Shown one piece after another: positions 28,581 to 38,040 of a stretch of 64,000 nucleotides of DNA. Below the pieces are notes generated by a model. That model was not told the origin of the DNA. It saw only the letters and a list, made by a program, of their open reading frames with translations, and ran no database searches. The DNA is from Candidatus Omnitrophota bacterium (GTDB taxonomy: Bacteria > Ratteibacteria > UBA8468 > MWAK01): NCBI GenBank assembly GCA_043826355.1, contig JBDRQI010000012.1, positions 10,065 to 74,064 on the forward strand. The letters are read 5' to 3'. A program made the position numbers and the translations under genes. The stretch's first letter is position 1. Each line of letters opens with the position of its first letter.

Positions 28581-30797
28581 TTACCTGTTCAGCCGCTGGT
28601 AAAGATACCACAACAGCCACGCCCAGCGCCCGGAATGTTTTTTTTCTGCCTTGCTTAAAACTTTTTTTACATAATCTAAATCAGCCGGCGTTATTTTTTT
28701 CTTTTCCAGCAGCCCGATATATTTTTTCACTTCTTCTTTGGGGCCGATTAGGGACGCAAGGTGGGTTTTTTCAAATTCCGCCCAACTCATATCAGGATTA
28801 TCGGAAAAACGGGATATGGAAAGGTAATTGATTTCGTTTACCGCGTACAGGTCCGAGGGCTCGCTGAATACCGTGAAGCCGTCCAGGCCCGATTCCGCTA
28901 TTTTCCTGATGATTTGCGCATATTGCCTGCCGACAAAGAGGTGCCTTCCGGCGTCGTTCCATTGCGAACCGATATGAGTGCGTATGACTTTATCGTGGGG
29001 CGGTAGAAGAGCGGTAAGTTCCGGGGTCATCTCTTTCAGGAACCGGTCAAGATAAGCTCTGTTTATGCAGAACTGGAGGATAGATTGCGGGGGGAGCGCT
29101 TTGAGGCCCGAATGCGCTTTGGGGTCAAGCACGTTATCGAAATAACACTCGCACAGGGGGAGAATATCAGGCTTAATCGAAAGCGCAGTATTGATAAGCG
29201 GCGGCAGGAGTTCTGCCATATCTTCGGCTGACCAGATGTTTTTGCGGCTGGATTTCCGGCTGCAATCCTCACAACTGCAAATCCCGTAATCACCTGTCTC
29301 GAAATTTATCCCGCCGATGTCGAATGTCTGGCAGAGCCAACTTACGGCGTCTTTCATCCACTGCCTGTTTTCTTTCTTTGAAGGGCAGGCTATTTTAAGG
29401 TAAGGATTTTCGCTATACATGTGTGGATAGTCATACCAAAAGGAGTTCTTTTGACGTACTGCTTCAAGGCGGGGGTGTTTTTTAAGCCAGTTAAGAAGAT
29501 TGAACTCGTGGTTCCCTTCCCAGTAGACCCCGCCGTAGGAGTTGACTCCGATTCCCGGGATGATTCGAACGTTCTTCTGTCTGCCGTACCTGCAGATTTC
29601 TTTCGCCGCGTCCACTCCACCGTGAATATCGCGCAGGAAACCGTAAATGGTTATGCCCGTAAAATTATTGCGCGCGGAGAAATCAATCAGGCGTTTGTAA
29701 TCCTGGATAAAAACCTCTGGGCCCTTGAGATACGGATTGGCGCAACCGGATTCCTGAATACCGAACGCAAGAGGAACCCAGTCCATGCTGTGGTCCCACG
29801 TCCAGAATAAACGATGTTTAACCGTTTTTTTATCGACGCCGGCAGTTAAATCTTTTTTCTTCATTTTACCTTTCGTTTTTCTTTCGGCAAAACAATTCGC
29901 TATCTTTTTCCTTGTAAGAAAAGATTCTACCGGAAAAAGGTTTTTCAGGCAGTTTACGTCTTTTTTCAGAACTTCTTTTCGTACGGCCGGTTCAAACTTG
30001 CCCAGGCTTTCATCTTCTATCGTCAGCGGTCCGTTGTAACCAGCTTCTTTTAATATCCGGATTACCTTACCGTGGTCAATGTCACCCTCGTAGATCGGGC
30101 TGACATATTTTCCGTATTCCCAGCCGATTTCCCGCTTTTGGTTTCTTGTCTCCTCCGGATACCGAATATTTTTTACGTGGGTATGTTTGGTGTATTTAGC
30201 CACGAATTCCAGTATTTCATAAACCTTGTCCAGCGGGTTGCCGTACCAGTAAAAATTGCCGGTATCCATATTTACGCCCAGCCGGCTGTCTCCGACCCTT
30301 TCAATGACCTCTTTCAGGAACGCCGGGTCATTGCCCTGGACGCCGTGGTTTTCGATGCCGAGCTGAACGCGGCTCCCTTCTGTTTCCAGGATAATTTTTT
30401 TCATGCACTCAACGAAACGGTTGATTCTGATTTCAAAGGATTCTTCCTGTTCGCCTTTTGTGATGGCGTCAATTCTGATTGCCGGAATCTGCAATTTATC
30501 GGCTGTTTTCACCACGTCGATTACCCAATTTATCTCGCCAACCTGGTCCGCGCAATTAAAATTATTATGCAGCAGAAAGGCGCATATTTTGATTTCGGCT
30601 GAACCGAATGCGCCGGCAATAACCGGGGCGGCGTTGTCTCCGGTCAGTTGCAGTTTTTCCCAGGAACCGGATTTATATACCGTGTAATCCCGGAAAAATT
30701 CCACCTCTACGCTGTTAAGGCCCAGGTTTTTTAATCCTTCCGCAATGCTGTTGTATCCGGCCGCCTTCAAGATGTCCTCTCTGATTGAAACGTACAT
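28581..30797 (-). CDS. apparent fusion: sugar phosphate isomerase TIM barrel plus hypothetical hydrolase-like domain
   Basis: N-half ENHG, DTGNFYW, HVKN, TIEDE; C-half starts near MKKKDL with its own AAAGG-ATG. Confidence 0.7.
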   Translation of the reverse strand: MYVSIREDILKAAGYNSIAEGLKNLGLNSVEVEFFRDYTVYKSGSWEKLQLTGDNAAPVIAGAFGSAEIKICAFLLHNNFNCADQVGEINWVIDVVKTADKLQIPAIRIDAITKGEQEESFEIRINRFVECMKKIILETEGSRVQLGIENHGVQGNDPAFLKEVIERVGDSRLGVNMDTGNFYWYGNPLDKVYEILEFVAKYTKHTHVKNIRYPEETRNQKREIGWEYGKYVSPIYEGDIDHGKVIRILKEAGYNGPLTIEDESLGKFEPAVRKEVLKKDVNCLKNLFPVESFLTRKKIANCFAERKTKGKMKKKDLTAGVDKKTVKHRLFWTWDHSMDWVPLAFGIQESGCANPYLKGPEVFIQDYKRLIDFSARNNFTGITIYGFLRDIHGGVDAAKEICRYGRQKNVRIIPGIGVNSYGGVYWEGNHEFNLLNWLKKHPRLEAVRQKNSFWYDYPHMYSENPYLKIACPSKKENRQWMKDAVSWLCQTFDIGGINFETGDYGICSCEDCSRKSSRKNIWSAEDMAELLPPLINTALSIKPDILPLCECYFDNVLDPKAHSGLKALPPQSILQFCINRAYLDRFLKEMTPELTALLPPHDKVIRTHIGSQWNDAGRHLFVGRQYAQIIRKIAESGLDGFTVFSEPSDLYAVNEINYLSISRFSDNPDMSWAEFEKTHLASLIGPKEEVKKYIGLLEKKKITPADLDYVKKVLSKAEKKHSGRWAWLLWYLYQRLNR

Positions 30798-30816
30798 TTT
30801 TCCTCCGGTTTTTTTT

Positions 30817-30841
30817 GGGGGGGGGTGTAACCCTCCCCTAC
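30817..30841. repeat. single family-D REP hairpin
   Basis: G-run, TGTAAC, CCTCCCCTAC; compare 33612-33640. Confidence 0.7.
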
Positions 30842-30862
30842 GTTATCGTGATTATGGAAAGT

Positions 30863-31654
30863 TTATTCGGTTGTATCTTCCTGGGGAATGGCCAGAATCT
30901 GCCCCTTTTTTACTTCGCTCTCTTCCGGCATCAGGTTTGCTTCCCGAATCTCTTCCGGGGCAAGACCGTATTGTTGGGCGATTATTTCCAGGGTTTCGCC
31001 TTCCTTGACCGTGTAGAAGTTGAGTTCGCCTTCAATGATTGGCTTAGGTTCAATCAGGGGAGGCGTATTCGGATAAGTCGCGGAGCGGGGTTTTATTGCG
31101 ACTTTACGCGTCCGGATGAGCAGCCGCTGGCCGGGTTGCACCACGGTGCTTTTCAAGCGGTTGAGTTGTATCAGATTTTTGACGGTGGTATGGCTGCGGG
31201 CGGCAATTTTGGAAAGGTTGTCGCCTTTCCGGACTGTATAGTAATCTCTGCGAATAGTATAATTTTTACTTTCGGCTGTGCTTTGTGTCGGTCTAATCTG
31301 AAGTTTTTGGCCAACGTAAATATGGTCTTTTTTTAATCCGTTCCAGGCCTTTAACCGGCTGACGCTCGTCCCGTATTTAGCGGCAATTTTAGTGAGCGTA
31401 TCGCCGCTTTTGACCCGATAGGTTTCCGCCTGGGCGGATCCGATTTGGTTAATCTGAAGTTTTTGGCCGACGTAAATACGATCGTTTTTTAATCCGTTCC
31501 AGGCCTTTAACCGGCTGACGCTTACCCCGTGTTTGGCGGCAATATTGCCGAGCGTATCGCCGCTTTTGACCCGATAGGTTTCCGCCTGGGCGGATCCGGC
31601 CCAGAAAACGATGGCCAGAAAGAGGCCTATTTTAATTATGATTTTAAACATCAT
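30863..31654 (-). CDS. secreted protein with four LysM domains
   Basis: Signal peptide; YRVKSGDTL x2, YTVRKGDNL, YTVKEGETL. Confidence 0.92.
   Translation of the reverse strand: MMFKIIIKIGLFLAIVFWAGSAQAETYRVKSGDTLGNIAAKHGVSVSRLKAWNGLKNDRIYVGQKLQINQIGSAQAETYRVKSGDTLTKIAAKYGTSVSRLKAWNGLKKDHIYVGQKLQIRPTQSTAESKNYTIRRDYYTVRKGDNLSKIAARSHTTVKNLIQLNRLKSTVVQPGQRLLIRTRKVAIKPRSATYPNTPPLIEPKPIIEGELNFYTVKEGETLEIIAQQYGLAPEEIREANLMPEESEVKKGQILAIPQEDTTE
31295..31597. repeat. 156-bp tandem duplication encoding two LysM domains
   Basis: TGACCCGATAGGTTTCCGCCTGGGCGGATCC at both 31411 and 31567. Confidence 0.9.
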
Positions 31655-31660
31655 TGCCCC

Positions 31661-32335
31661 CTACTTATTCTCCCGGATTTTCTTTATTTCTTCCTGCAGG
31701 CGCTTCAGTTCTTCGTGAAGATTGGAACATTCTTTAAAGAGAATGCGCAGTGGTTCGGCAAACGGGTCCGGCAGTTTGCCGTGTTCCAGGTCAAAGCCAA
31801 TCTTGCGGTGTTCTTCCACAATCCGGCCGGGGATGCCCACCACGGTGGCGCCCGGCGGCACATCCTTGACTACCACCGAGCCGGCGCCGACCATCGCGCC
31901 GTCGCCCAGGGTAATCGGACCCAGGACTTTTGCGCCGGTTCCGACCAGGACGTTGTTGCCCAGGGTCGGATGCCGTTTCTTCTTTTCCAGGGAAGTGCCG
32001 CCCAGGACAACACCCTGGTAGAGGAGGACGTCATTTCCGATTTCGGTTGTTTCCCCGATGACTACGCCCATTCCGTGGTCGATAAAAAACCGCCGGCCAA
32101 TTGTGGCTCCGGGGTGAATTTCAATGCCGGTGAGAAAACGGTTGAAGTGTGAGATGAACCGGCCGAAGGTCCTGGAGCCGGTGCGCCAGAAGAAGTGGGC
32201 GGCGCGGTGCAGCCAGAGAGCGTGGAGGCCCGGGTAGCAGAGCAGGACCTCAACGATGTTGCGGGCAGCCGGGTCCCGGCTGAAAATACCACGTATATCT
32301 TCCCTGATTGTGCGGAACATGTAATCAATCAACAA
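31661..32335 (-). CDS. cysE: serine O-acetyltransferase
   Basis: [39 protein letters not shown]. Confidence 0.96.
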   Translation of the reverse strand: MLIDYMFRTIREDIRGIFSRDPAARNIVEVLLCYPGLHALWLHRAAHFFWRTGSRTFGRFISHFNRFLTGIEIHPGATIGRRFFIDHGMGVVIGETTEIGNDVLLYQGVVLGGTSLEKKKRHPTLGNNVLVGTGAKVLGPITLGDGAMVGAGSVVVKDVPPGATVVGIPGRIVEEHRKIGFDLEHGKLPDPFAEPLRILFKECSNLHEELKRLQEEIKKIRENK

Positions 32336-32340
32336 CTTTT

Positions 32341-32428
32341 AATGCAAAATTCAAATTGTAAATTTCAAATTGTATAATTAAGGAATACAAAGAACCAATT
32401 TTACATTTTGCAATCTGCAATCGGCAAT
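32341..32428. repeat. two short heptamer tandem arrays in inverted orientation
   Basis: AATGCAA/AATTCAA/ATTGTAA/ATTTCAA/ATTGTAT then ATTTTAC/ATTTTGC/AATCTGC/AATCGGC. Confidence 0.7.
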
Positions 32429-33600
32429 TACGGCGTTAAGCTGTTAATTACTTCCTGTAACTTTTGCAAAAATTGGGCGCTGTACGAACCGTCAATGACC
32501 CGATGGTCGCAGGCCAGGGTTATTTCCAAAAGCGGTAAAACTTTCGGGCTGCCGTTGACCGCAACCACACCGTCCTTGATGGCAGATACGCCCATAATCA
32601 CCACCTGGGGCTGGTAGATTATCGGGTAGAAGGAGTCTATACCGTAAATGCCAAGGTTGGAGAGGGTGAAGGTGCCGCCCTCAAGGTCTTCCCTGGGTAT
32701 TTTGTTGTCTCGGACCGCTGCGACCAGCCGTTTCCGTTCCGCCGTAATCTCCCTGCAGGTTTTCCGGTTGACTGATTTCAGGGTGGGTACGATTAATCCT
32801 TCGGTTCTGGCAACCGCCAATCCCAGGTTGATTTCCGGGTGGATAGTCAGTTCCTTGTTTTCATAGGTGGCGTTCATCTCCGGGAATTCGCCCAGGGTTT
32901 CCGCCACCGCTTTAATCAGGACGTCGGTATAGGTAACGTCCGGGTCTTTATCTTTCAGGCGCGTTCTGATTGTTTTCAGATTGGTTGCGTCTATTACCTT
33001 GCGCAGATAGTAATGGGGAATTTCCGCCTTGCTCTTGCTCAACCGGTCCGCGATAATCTGGCGCAGGGGCGACAATTTCTGTTTTCTGGTTCCCGAAATT
33101 TCCGGTTTCGCCTCTTCTTTTCCCGGCGCAGCCGCCAGCACGTCCTCTTCGGTAATCCGGCCGTTGGGCCCGGTTCCGCTAACCGAACCCAGTTCGATTC
33201 CCATTTCCCGGGCGCGTTTTTTGGCGAGAGGTGAGGCGATAATTTGGCCGGTCCCCCTCACCTCACCTCTCGCCGCTGGGGAGAGGGATGGAGAAAACGG
33301 GGCAGAAGGGGATACAGGTGCAGGTTGGGGGGCGGTTACGGCCGGAAGCGGTTCGTCCATCGAATCGCTCAGGTAACCGACTACCGAGGTAACCGGTATC
33401 GCCTTATCGCTGGCCGGGACCAGAATTTTGCGCAGGAATCCGGAGTGTATTGATTCCACTTCAAAGTTGGTCTTGTCGCTCATTACCTCAAAGACCGGTT
33501 CACCCTTTTCCACTTTCTGGCCTTCTTCTTTAAACCACTTGGACAGGTACCCCTCTTCCATCGTTTCGCCCAGTTTGGGCATGATTATTTCTCTGACCAT
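32428..33600 (-). CDS. dihydrolipoamide acyltransferase E2 (acetoin/pyruvate dehydrogenase type)
   Basis: MPKLG, SDKT lipoyl site, ASPLAKK..GTGPNGRI, GTFTLSNLG, DHRVIDG. Confidence 0.93.
   Translation of the reverse strand: MVREIIMPKLGETMEEGYLSKWFKEEGQKVEKGEPVFEVMSDKTNFEVESIHSGFLRKILVPASDKAIPVTSVVGYLSDSMDEPLPAVTAPQPAPVSPSAPFSPSLSPAARGEVRGTGQIIASPLAKKRAREMGIELGSVSGTGPNGRITEEDVLAAAPGKEEAKPEISGTRKQKLSPLRQIIADRLSKSKAEIPHYYLRKVIDATNLKTIRTRLKDKDPDVTYTDVLIKAVAETLGEFPEMNATYENKELTIHPEINLGLAVARTEGLIVPTLKSVNRKTCREITAERKRLVAAVRDNKIPREDLEGGTFTLSNLGIYGIDSFYPIIYQPQVVIMGVSAIKDGVVAVNGSPKVLPLLEITLACDHRVIDGSYSAQFLQKLQEVINSLTP
33253..33292. repeat. family-E element inside E2 linker
   Basis: CCCCTCACCTCACCTCTCGCCGCTGGGGAGAGGG, read as SPSLSPAARGEVRG. 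Confidence 0.7.
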
Positions 33601-33611
33601 ATTTTACCTCA

Positions 33612-33640
33612 CCGGGAGGGGATGCAACCCCTCCCCTACA
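33612..33640. repeat. single family-D REP hairpin overlapping the E1-beta stop
   Basis: CCGGGAGGGG-ATGCAA-CCCCTCCCCTACA. Confidence 0.85.
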
Positions 33641-34610
33641 CCACAAGGGATTTTATCTCCCGATATATACGGTCGGCGTCGGGAATCGCCAATTTTTCCA
33701 GGACCGGACTCTTGGGCATCGGTACGTCTGCGCCCGCGATGCGCAGAACCGGCGCATCAAGATAGTCAAAACAGCTTTCCATAATCTGCATACCGATTTC
33801 CGCGCCGGTACCGCCGGTCTTGGTGTCTTCTTCCACAATTATTGCCCGGTGGGTTTTCCGGATTGATTCGGCAATCGTCTCCATATCCAGAGGCAGGAGT
33901 GTGCGCGGGTCTATCACTTCAACCGCAATCCCTTCTTCCGCCAATCTTTTGGCCGCTTCAAGGGTGGAGTAGAGCATTCGGGAATAGGCGATTACGGTTG
34001 CATCCTTTCCGGGGAGTTTCACGTCCGCCTTGCTGATTGGCAACAGGTATTCGCCTTCCGGAACCGGACCTTTAACGTTGTAGAGCATCTTATGTTCAAT
34101 AAAGAGAATTGGATTATCTTCCCGGATTGAGGATTTGAGCAGCCCCTTGGCGTCGGCCGGCGTTGCCGGCATGACGACCTTTAGGCCCGGGACGTGCAGG
34201 AACCATGATTCCAGACTCTGGGAATGGTGTGCGCCCAGAGTTCGGCCGGCGCCGCCCTCGGTCCGGATGACAAGCGGGACCCTGGTCTTGCCGCCGAACA
34301 TGTAGCGGATTTTGGCAACCTGGTTGCCGATCTGTTCCAGACAGATACCCATAAAATCTATGTACATAATCTCCACGACCGGACGCATACCGGTGATGGC
34401 CGCGCCCAGTCCGGCGCCGATAATGGCCGCTTCCGAAATGGCGGTGTCGCGCACCCGTTTCTCGCCGAACTTTTGCATCAGGTTCATCGTTACGCCGTAA
34501 GCGCCCCCGTAAACGGCGACATCTTCGCCCATCAGGAAGACGCTCTGGTCCCGCTCCATCTCTTCGCTCAACGCTTCATTCAGTGCCTGTCGGTAGGTAA
34601 TTTCACGCAT
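33636..34610 (-). CDS. TPP-dependent dehydrogenase E1 beta (acetoin/pyruvate type)
   Basis: MGEDV, DTAISE, RPVVEIM, HSQS, PGLKVV, EHK. Confidence 0.93.
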   Translation of the reverse strand: MREITYRQALNEALSEEMERDQSVFLMGEDVAVYGGAYGVTMNLMQKFGEKRVRDTAISEAAIIGAGLGAAITGMRPVVEIMYIDFMGICLEQIGNQVAKIRYMFGGKTRVPLVIRTEGGAGRTLGAHHSQSLESWFLHVPGLKVVMPATPADAKGLLKSSIREDNPILFIEHKMLYNVKGPVPEGEYLLPISKADVKLPGKDATVIAYSRMLYSTLEAAKRLAEEGIAVEVIDPRTLLPLDMETIAESIRKTHRAIIVEEDTKTGGTGAEIGMQIMESCFDYLDAPVLRIAGADVPMPKSPVLEKLAIPDADRIYREIKSLVV

Positions 34611-34625
34611 TTATTTACTCCTTTA

Positions 34626-34674
34626 CCCCTCGCTTTGTCTCTCCCTTCAGGGGAGAGGATTTAAGGTGAGGGGG
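34626..34674. repeat. family-E element overlapping the E1-alpha stop
   Basis: CCCCTCGCTTTGTCTCTCCCTTCAGGGGAGAGGATTTAAGGTGAGGGG. Confidence 0.8.
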
Positions 34675-35638
34675 ATTCACAATACACATCTTTGTAGAGT
34701 TCCTCCGGTTTCGGGTCCGGGCTCTTGATGGCAAAGTCAACCGCCGCTTCCAGTTCCGCGGTTACCTCTTTTTCCAGGTCCGCCACCTCTTTTTCGGTCA
34801 GGATTTTTTGTTCCTGTATCTTTTGTCCGAACGCCTTGATGCAGTCCCGGCCGCGCCATAATTTTTCTTCTTCCCTGGTCCGGTAGGCGCGCGGGTCGCT
34901 GCGGGAATGGCCGTAATAGCGGTAAGTATTGCAGACGATGAGAGCCGGGCCGCCGCCTTTCCGGGCCGCCGCCGCGTACTTTGCCACCGCATCTTTCACT
35001 GCCAGGACGTCCATTCCGTCGCAGCATTCCGCCGGCATGTTATAAGGCACCGCTTTCTTGGTCAGGTCGTTCACCGCGCAGGCGCGTTCTACCGAAACGG
35101 ACATCCCGTAAAGATTATTTTCACAGATAAAGACAACCGGTAGTTTCCATTTGCCGGCCATGTTCAGCGATTCGTGAAAGAGGCCGGTGTTGGTTGCGCC
35201 GTCTCCGAAGAAACAAAGGACGACCTGGTCGGTGCCGCGCAATTGGATGGAAAGCCCGGCGCCGGCCGCGATGCCGATGCTGCCGCCCACGATGCCGTTG
35301 GCGCCCAGGTTTCCTTTGGAGACGTCGGCCAGGTGCAGGGAACCGCCCTTGCCCTTGCAGACGCCGGTTTCTTTACCCAGGATTTCCGCCATTAATTCCG
35401 GCAGAGAGCCGCCCTTGGCGATGGCGTGCCCGTGGCCGCGGTGCGTGCTGGTGATATAATCGTCTTCGCGAATGGCTGCCATCGCCCCGACCGCGCAGGC
35501 CTCTTCGCCGGCGTAGAGGTGCGAGCCGCCTTCCGCGATATTACGCGCCATGAGGTCCATAATGGCGTCTTCAAATTGCCTGATTTGCATCATCTGTTTT
35601 AGCAGATGCCTCGCTTCATCTCTGGTTATCTTAGCCAT
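34661..35638 (-). CDS. TPP-dependent dehydrogenase E1 alpha (acetoin/pyruvate type)
   Basis: STHRGHGH, GANGIVGG, GDGATN..ENN TPP motif, YRYYGHS. Confidence 0.93.
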   Translation of the reverse strand: MAKITRDEARHLLKQMMQIRQFEDAIMDLMARNIAEGGSHLYAGEEACAVGAMAAIREDDYITSTHRGHGHAIAKGGSLPELMAEILGKETGVCKGKGGSLHLADVSKGNLGANGIVGGSIGIAAGAGLSIQLRGTDQVVLCFFGDGATNTGLFHESLNMAGKWKLPVVFICENNLYGMSVSVERACAVNDLTKKAVPYNMPAECCDGMDVLAVKDAVAKYAAAARKGGGPALIVCNTYRYYGHSRSDPRAYRTREEEKLWRGRDCIKAFGQKIQEQKILTEKEVADLEKEVTAELEAAVDFAIKSPDPKPEELYKDVYCESPSP

Positions 35639-35649
35639 AATTTTTTGAA

Positions 35650-35754
35650 TGTCATTCCCGAATGTTTAAATCGGGAATCTAACTCCTATAAGATTTGGAT
35701 TCCCGCTTACTCGCCTGGGCGGCGAAGCCTGACCGGCTATCCGCGGGAATGACA
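35650..35754. repeat. palindromic element family C (TGTCATTCCCG..CGGGAAT, dRS3-like) with nested GC-rich insert
   Basis: TGTCATTCCCGA..TCGGGAATC / GATTCCCGC..[insert]..GCGGGAATGACA. Confidence 0.85.
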
Positions 35755-35776
35755 GCTTTACATTTAATGACACCAC

Positions 35777-36814
35777 CTAAGGTTTTACGATCACTTTTAG
35801 TCCCCGGCAGCTTTCGGCGGCTGTCAGCGCTTCTTTGATTTCCGTCAGGGGGAAAACGCTGGTTATGTAATCTTTGCCGTTCATTGCGCCGGATGCCAGA
35901 ATTTTCAACGCTATTTTATTATGGCGGGGCGCGGAACCATGCGTGCCAACCACTTTCAGTTCACCGTAATGGATGAGGTTGGTGTCCAGGTTGACGGTGG
36001 GCTGGGTCTTGGGCAGGCCCCCGAAGAAATTAACCGAGCCGCGCTTGGCAGCCATTTCCAGCGCCTGAATTTGTGCCTGGCCGGAACCGGCGGCCACGAT
36101 TACGTGGTCCGCGAGCCGGCCTCCGTTCTCTTTTTTGATAACTTCAGCCAAATTTTCTTTAGTCGGATTAACAAATCGGTCCGCACCGGTAAATTCAGCC
36201 ATCTTCAGCCGGTCCTCGTCTACGTCGGAGATGATGAGGGGCGAAGCGCCTTTGACCCGGGCTAATTGGGCGTGTATGCAGCCCATCGGTCCGGCGCCGA
36301 TTACCAGAACCGAATCTCCGAGTCCGACCCCGCTGAGTTCCTGTCCGTTGATGCAGCAGGCGATGGGTTCAGCCAGAGCCGCTTCTTCGTAAGGGAGTCC
36401 CGAAGGGATTTTATTCACGCAGTCGTTTGCCAGGACCCGCTCCGGTATCAGGATGTATTCGGCGAATCCGCCATCGTAATGGTAGCCGATTGCCTTCAGG
36501 TTATCGCACATCGCCTGAACACCCAACCGGCAGTAGTAGCATTTGCCGCAGGGAATGGCCGCAGCCACCTGGACCCGGTCGCCGGCGGAAAAGCCGGAGA
36601 CGCCTTCCCCCATTTCCTTTACTTCTCCGGATAGTTCGTGTCCGGTAATACGGGGAAATTGAATGAGCCGGTGGCCGTAATGATAAACTTTGACGTCGGT
36701 TCCGCAGACTGCGCAGGTCTTAACCTGCAGCAGTAATTCTCCTTTACCGGCTTTCGGCTGCGGAAACTCGCCGTAGACCAGGTCCTCAACCCCCCGAACC
36801 ATCGCCGCTTTCAT
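35777..36814 (-). CDS. zinc-dependent polyol/alcohol dehydrogenase (L-iditol DH-like)
   Basis: CGTD, GHE, CxxCxxC..C, EPIAC, GAGPMG. Confidence 0.9.
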   Translation of the reverse strand: MKAAMVRGVEDLVYGEFPQPKAGKGELLLQVKTCAVCGTDVKVYHYGHRLIQFPRITGHELSGEVKEMGEGVSGFSAGDRVQVAAAIPCGKCYYCRLGVQAMCDNLKAIGYHYDGGFAEYILIPERVLANDCVNKIPSGLPYEEAALAEPIACCINGQELSGVGLGDSVLVIGAGPMGCIHAQLARVKGASPLIISDVDEDRLKMAEFTGADRFVNPTKENLAEVIKKENGGRLADHVIVAAGSGQAQIQALEMAAKRGSVNFFGGLPKTQPTVNLDTNLIHYGELKVVGTHGSAPRHNKIALKILASGAMNGKDYITSVFPLTEIKEALTAAESCRGLKVIVKP

Positions 36815-36821
36815 AATTTTT

Positions 36822-36872
36822 TGTAGGGGTCGGATAAATCTGACCCGCGGACGCGATAAATCGCGCCCTACA
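36822..36872. repeat. GTAG-type REP doublet (family D) overlapping mtlD stop
   Basis: TGTAGGGGTCGGATAAATCTGACCC..GGACGCGATAAATCGCGCCCTACA. Confidence 0.9.
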
Positions 36873-38040
36873 TTTTTTGTTTTAAATTATTATATTCTTC
36901 CAAAATTGCGTTGTAGATTGGTTCTTCCGGTTTAATCTTACAGACTTCCCGGAGGACGTAACCGGCGCCGTTTTCGGAAATCATTCTTGCCAGGTTAACT
37001 GCTTCTTCATCTTCTTTATAATTATAACACAGGGCTGCCGCAATCGTAAAAATTATATTTTTGGGCTCAATTTCAAAATTGAGGCAGAGCCGGGCTGCGC
37101 CGACCAGCCGGTCCTGGGGTCCCAGTTTTCGCAGGGGCTGACGGCCGACCCGGTAAACGGTATCGCCCAGGGCTTTGTTGGCGAATCTTTGCAACAGGTC
37201 GCCGCTGTAATCGTCCAGTTCTTTTCTTGAGAAATGGTGTTTTTTTATCAAAGCGGCTCCGGCTTCTTCCAGTGTTCCTTCCAGAATTTTGCGGATTTCC
37301 GGATGGGCGACCGCTTCCCAGATGTAACAGCAGTTTTTCCGATAACCGAAATAGGCGCAAACCGCGTGAACCAGGTTATGGACATAGAGTTTCAGTTCTT
37401 CGTATGCCTGGATATCCGCTACCGGCAGGAATCCGTTAATCTCCGGAATCTCTCCCTTGAAGCCGTATTTGGCAACCGGCAGGATTTTATAGGGTTCCAC
37501 CAGGACCAGGAGCGGTTCTTTTTCCTTCAGTTCCGCAGGCACCGGCGGCACCATCCGGCTGACCACCGTCTCCACCATTCCGACCTTTTCGGCCAGATAG
37601 TTATGTAATTCCGGCGGAAGGTTATGTTTGATTTCCGCCTTAAGGGTTTTGCCGGCCGAGAGTAGGTTTTCGCAGATGATGATGTTAAGCGGTTGAGGAT
37701 TTTTGAACGCTGCCCGTCGTGCGATTCCTCTGGCCAAAAGCGGGGCAATCTTCGGAATATTCCCGACGCCGACTGCGGTTGCCACCAGAGCGGCTTCAGC
37801 TAGTTCTTCCGCGACCGCGTCTTTGTTGCCGGCGGAAACCGCCCGCACGTTTCTGATTTCAAACTTTTCCTTCTCTTCGTCCGAGACGACCCAGAGCGGG
37901 TAGGTCTTCTTTTTATTCAGCAGTTCGACGACTGAGGGTATCGCTTCCACAAAGACGGTTTCGTATCCGGACTCAACGAATAACTGTCCCAGAAAACCCC
38001 GGCCGATATTTCCGGCGCCGAAGACCACCGCTTTTTTCAT
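36868..38040 (-). CDS. mtlD: mannitol-1-phosphate 5-dehydrogenase family
   Basis: FGAGNIGRGF, TAVG, ICEN, RMVP, KLYVHN, RVGRQPLRKL. Confidence 0.85.
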   Translation of the reverse strand: MKKAVVFGAGNIGRGFLGQLFVESGYETVFVEAIPSVVELLNKKKTYPLWVVSDEEKEKFEIRNVRAVSAGNKDAVAEELAEAALVATAVGVGNIPKIAPLLARGIARRAAFKNPQPLNIIICENLLSAGKTLKAEIKHNLPPELHNYLAEKVGMVETVVSRMVPPVPAELKEKEPLLVLVEPYKILPVAKYGFKGEIPEINGFLPVADIQAYEELKLYVHNLVHAVCAYFGYRKNCCYIWEAVAHPEIRKILEGTLEEAGAALIKKHHFSRKELDDYSGDLLQRFANKALGDTVYRVGRQPLRKLGPQDRLVGAARLCLNFEIEPKNIIFTIAAALCYNYKEDEEAVNLARMISENGAGYVLREVCKIKPEEPIYNAILEEYNNLKQKM

